Below are positions 63,429-64,000 of a DNA stretch of 64,000 bases, one piece after another (the stretch's first letter is position 1; the number at the start of each line of letters is the position of its first letter). Below the pieces are notes generated by a model. That model saw only the letters and a program-made list of their open reading frames with translations. It had not been told where the DNA came from and searched no databases. The DNA lies in assembly GCA_013239625.1 (NCBI GenBank), contig MU053873.1:1192524-1256523 (forward strand), given 5' to 3'. Source of the stretch: Lama guanicoe (Eukaryota). The position numbers and the translations under genes were made by a program.

Positions 63429-63690
63429 GATCCTTGTAGTGCTTAACAGAATATCTGTTGCTATTAAATAGGAGATTTGGATCTAGTTAAAACAGTTATC
63501 TGATTGGATCTAGTTAAAACAGTTAAATAATAGTAGGAATAATAATAATAATAATGATCCTTGTAGTGCTTAACAGAGTATCTGTTGCTATTAAATAGGA
63601 GATTTGGATCTAGTTAAAACAGTTAAATAATAGTAGGAATAATAATAATAATACTACGATATTATATCTGATTGGATCTAGTTAAAAGTT
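63429..63690. repeat. Complex near-perfect local tandem duplication
   Basis: 70-bp unit at 63429 and 63556 (one mismatch); TTGGATCTAGTTAAAA occurs four times. Confidence 0.9.
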
Positions 63691-64000
63691 TAATAATAAT
63701 ACAATAACAGTAACTGATTAAGCACTTAATATGAGCCAAGTACTATTCAAAGTGCTTTACATGGATTGACTCATTTAACCTTCATAACAGTCATCCTGGG
63801 TACTTGCAAGTTACTGGTGAGTTACTGTTTTTAGCTCCACTTGACAGAAATGGGAACTGAATTGCAGAGGGATTGAATAATCTTGCCAATCCTCTCCGCT
63901 GTGCCAGGTACTTTACCTACATCAACTATATCTTAAGTTTTACAACAGACATCAAGGTAGGTGGGATTTTATCCCCATTTTTTTGAAGAGGTAGAAACAA

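Noticed and set aside
63477..63690. Repeated 16-mers resembling a CRISPR array
   Set aside because: Mammalian intron, irregular spacing, spacers are themselves duplicated, and no cas genes.

Overview
Mammalian genomic DNA, not prokaryotic, so most of the ORF track is noise. The window holds the conserved XBP1-CCDC117-HSCB-CHEK2 block (syntenic with human 22q12). It contains the last exon and 3' UTR of XBP1 (+, with overlapping XBP1s/XBP1u frames), complete CCDC117 (-, 5 coding exons, 277 aa), complete HSCB (-, 6 exons, 235 aa), and CHEK2 exons 1-8 (+, running off the window). HSCB and CHEK2 share a compact bidirectional CpG promoter. All splice junctions were read from the sequence and give intact frames. 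About ten copies of a tRNA-Ala-like SINE suggest a camelid (Vic-1 type; inference). The rest is layered L1, LTR/ERV, Tigger, Charlie and MIR sequence. I see no convincing new biological system. The most notable observations are: four adjacent substitutions in the XBP1u ribosome-arrest peptide; a TSD-flanked orphan retroposed segment with two tails; an L1 insertion that duplicated the HSCB poly(A) signal; a MER41-like solo LTR with an altered GAS site near CCDC117; a nested ERV with tRNA-His PBS and env-like remnant in HSCB intron 5; and a long intronic ORF in frame with CHEK2 exon 8. Repeat family names and human comparisons come from recall, not from a search.
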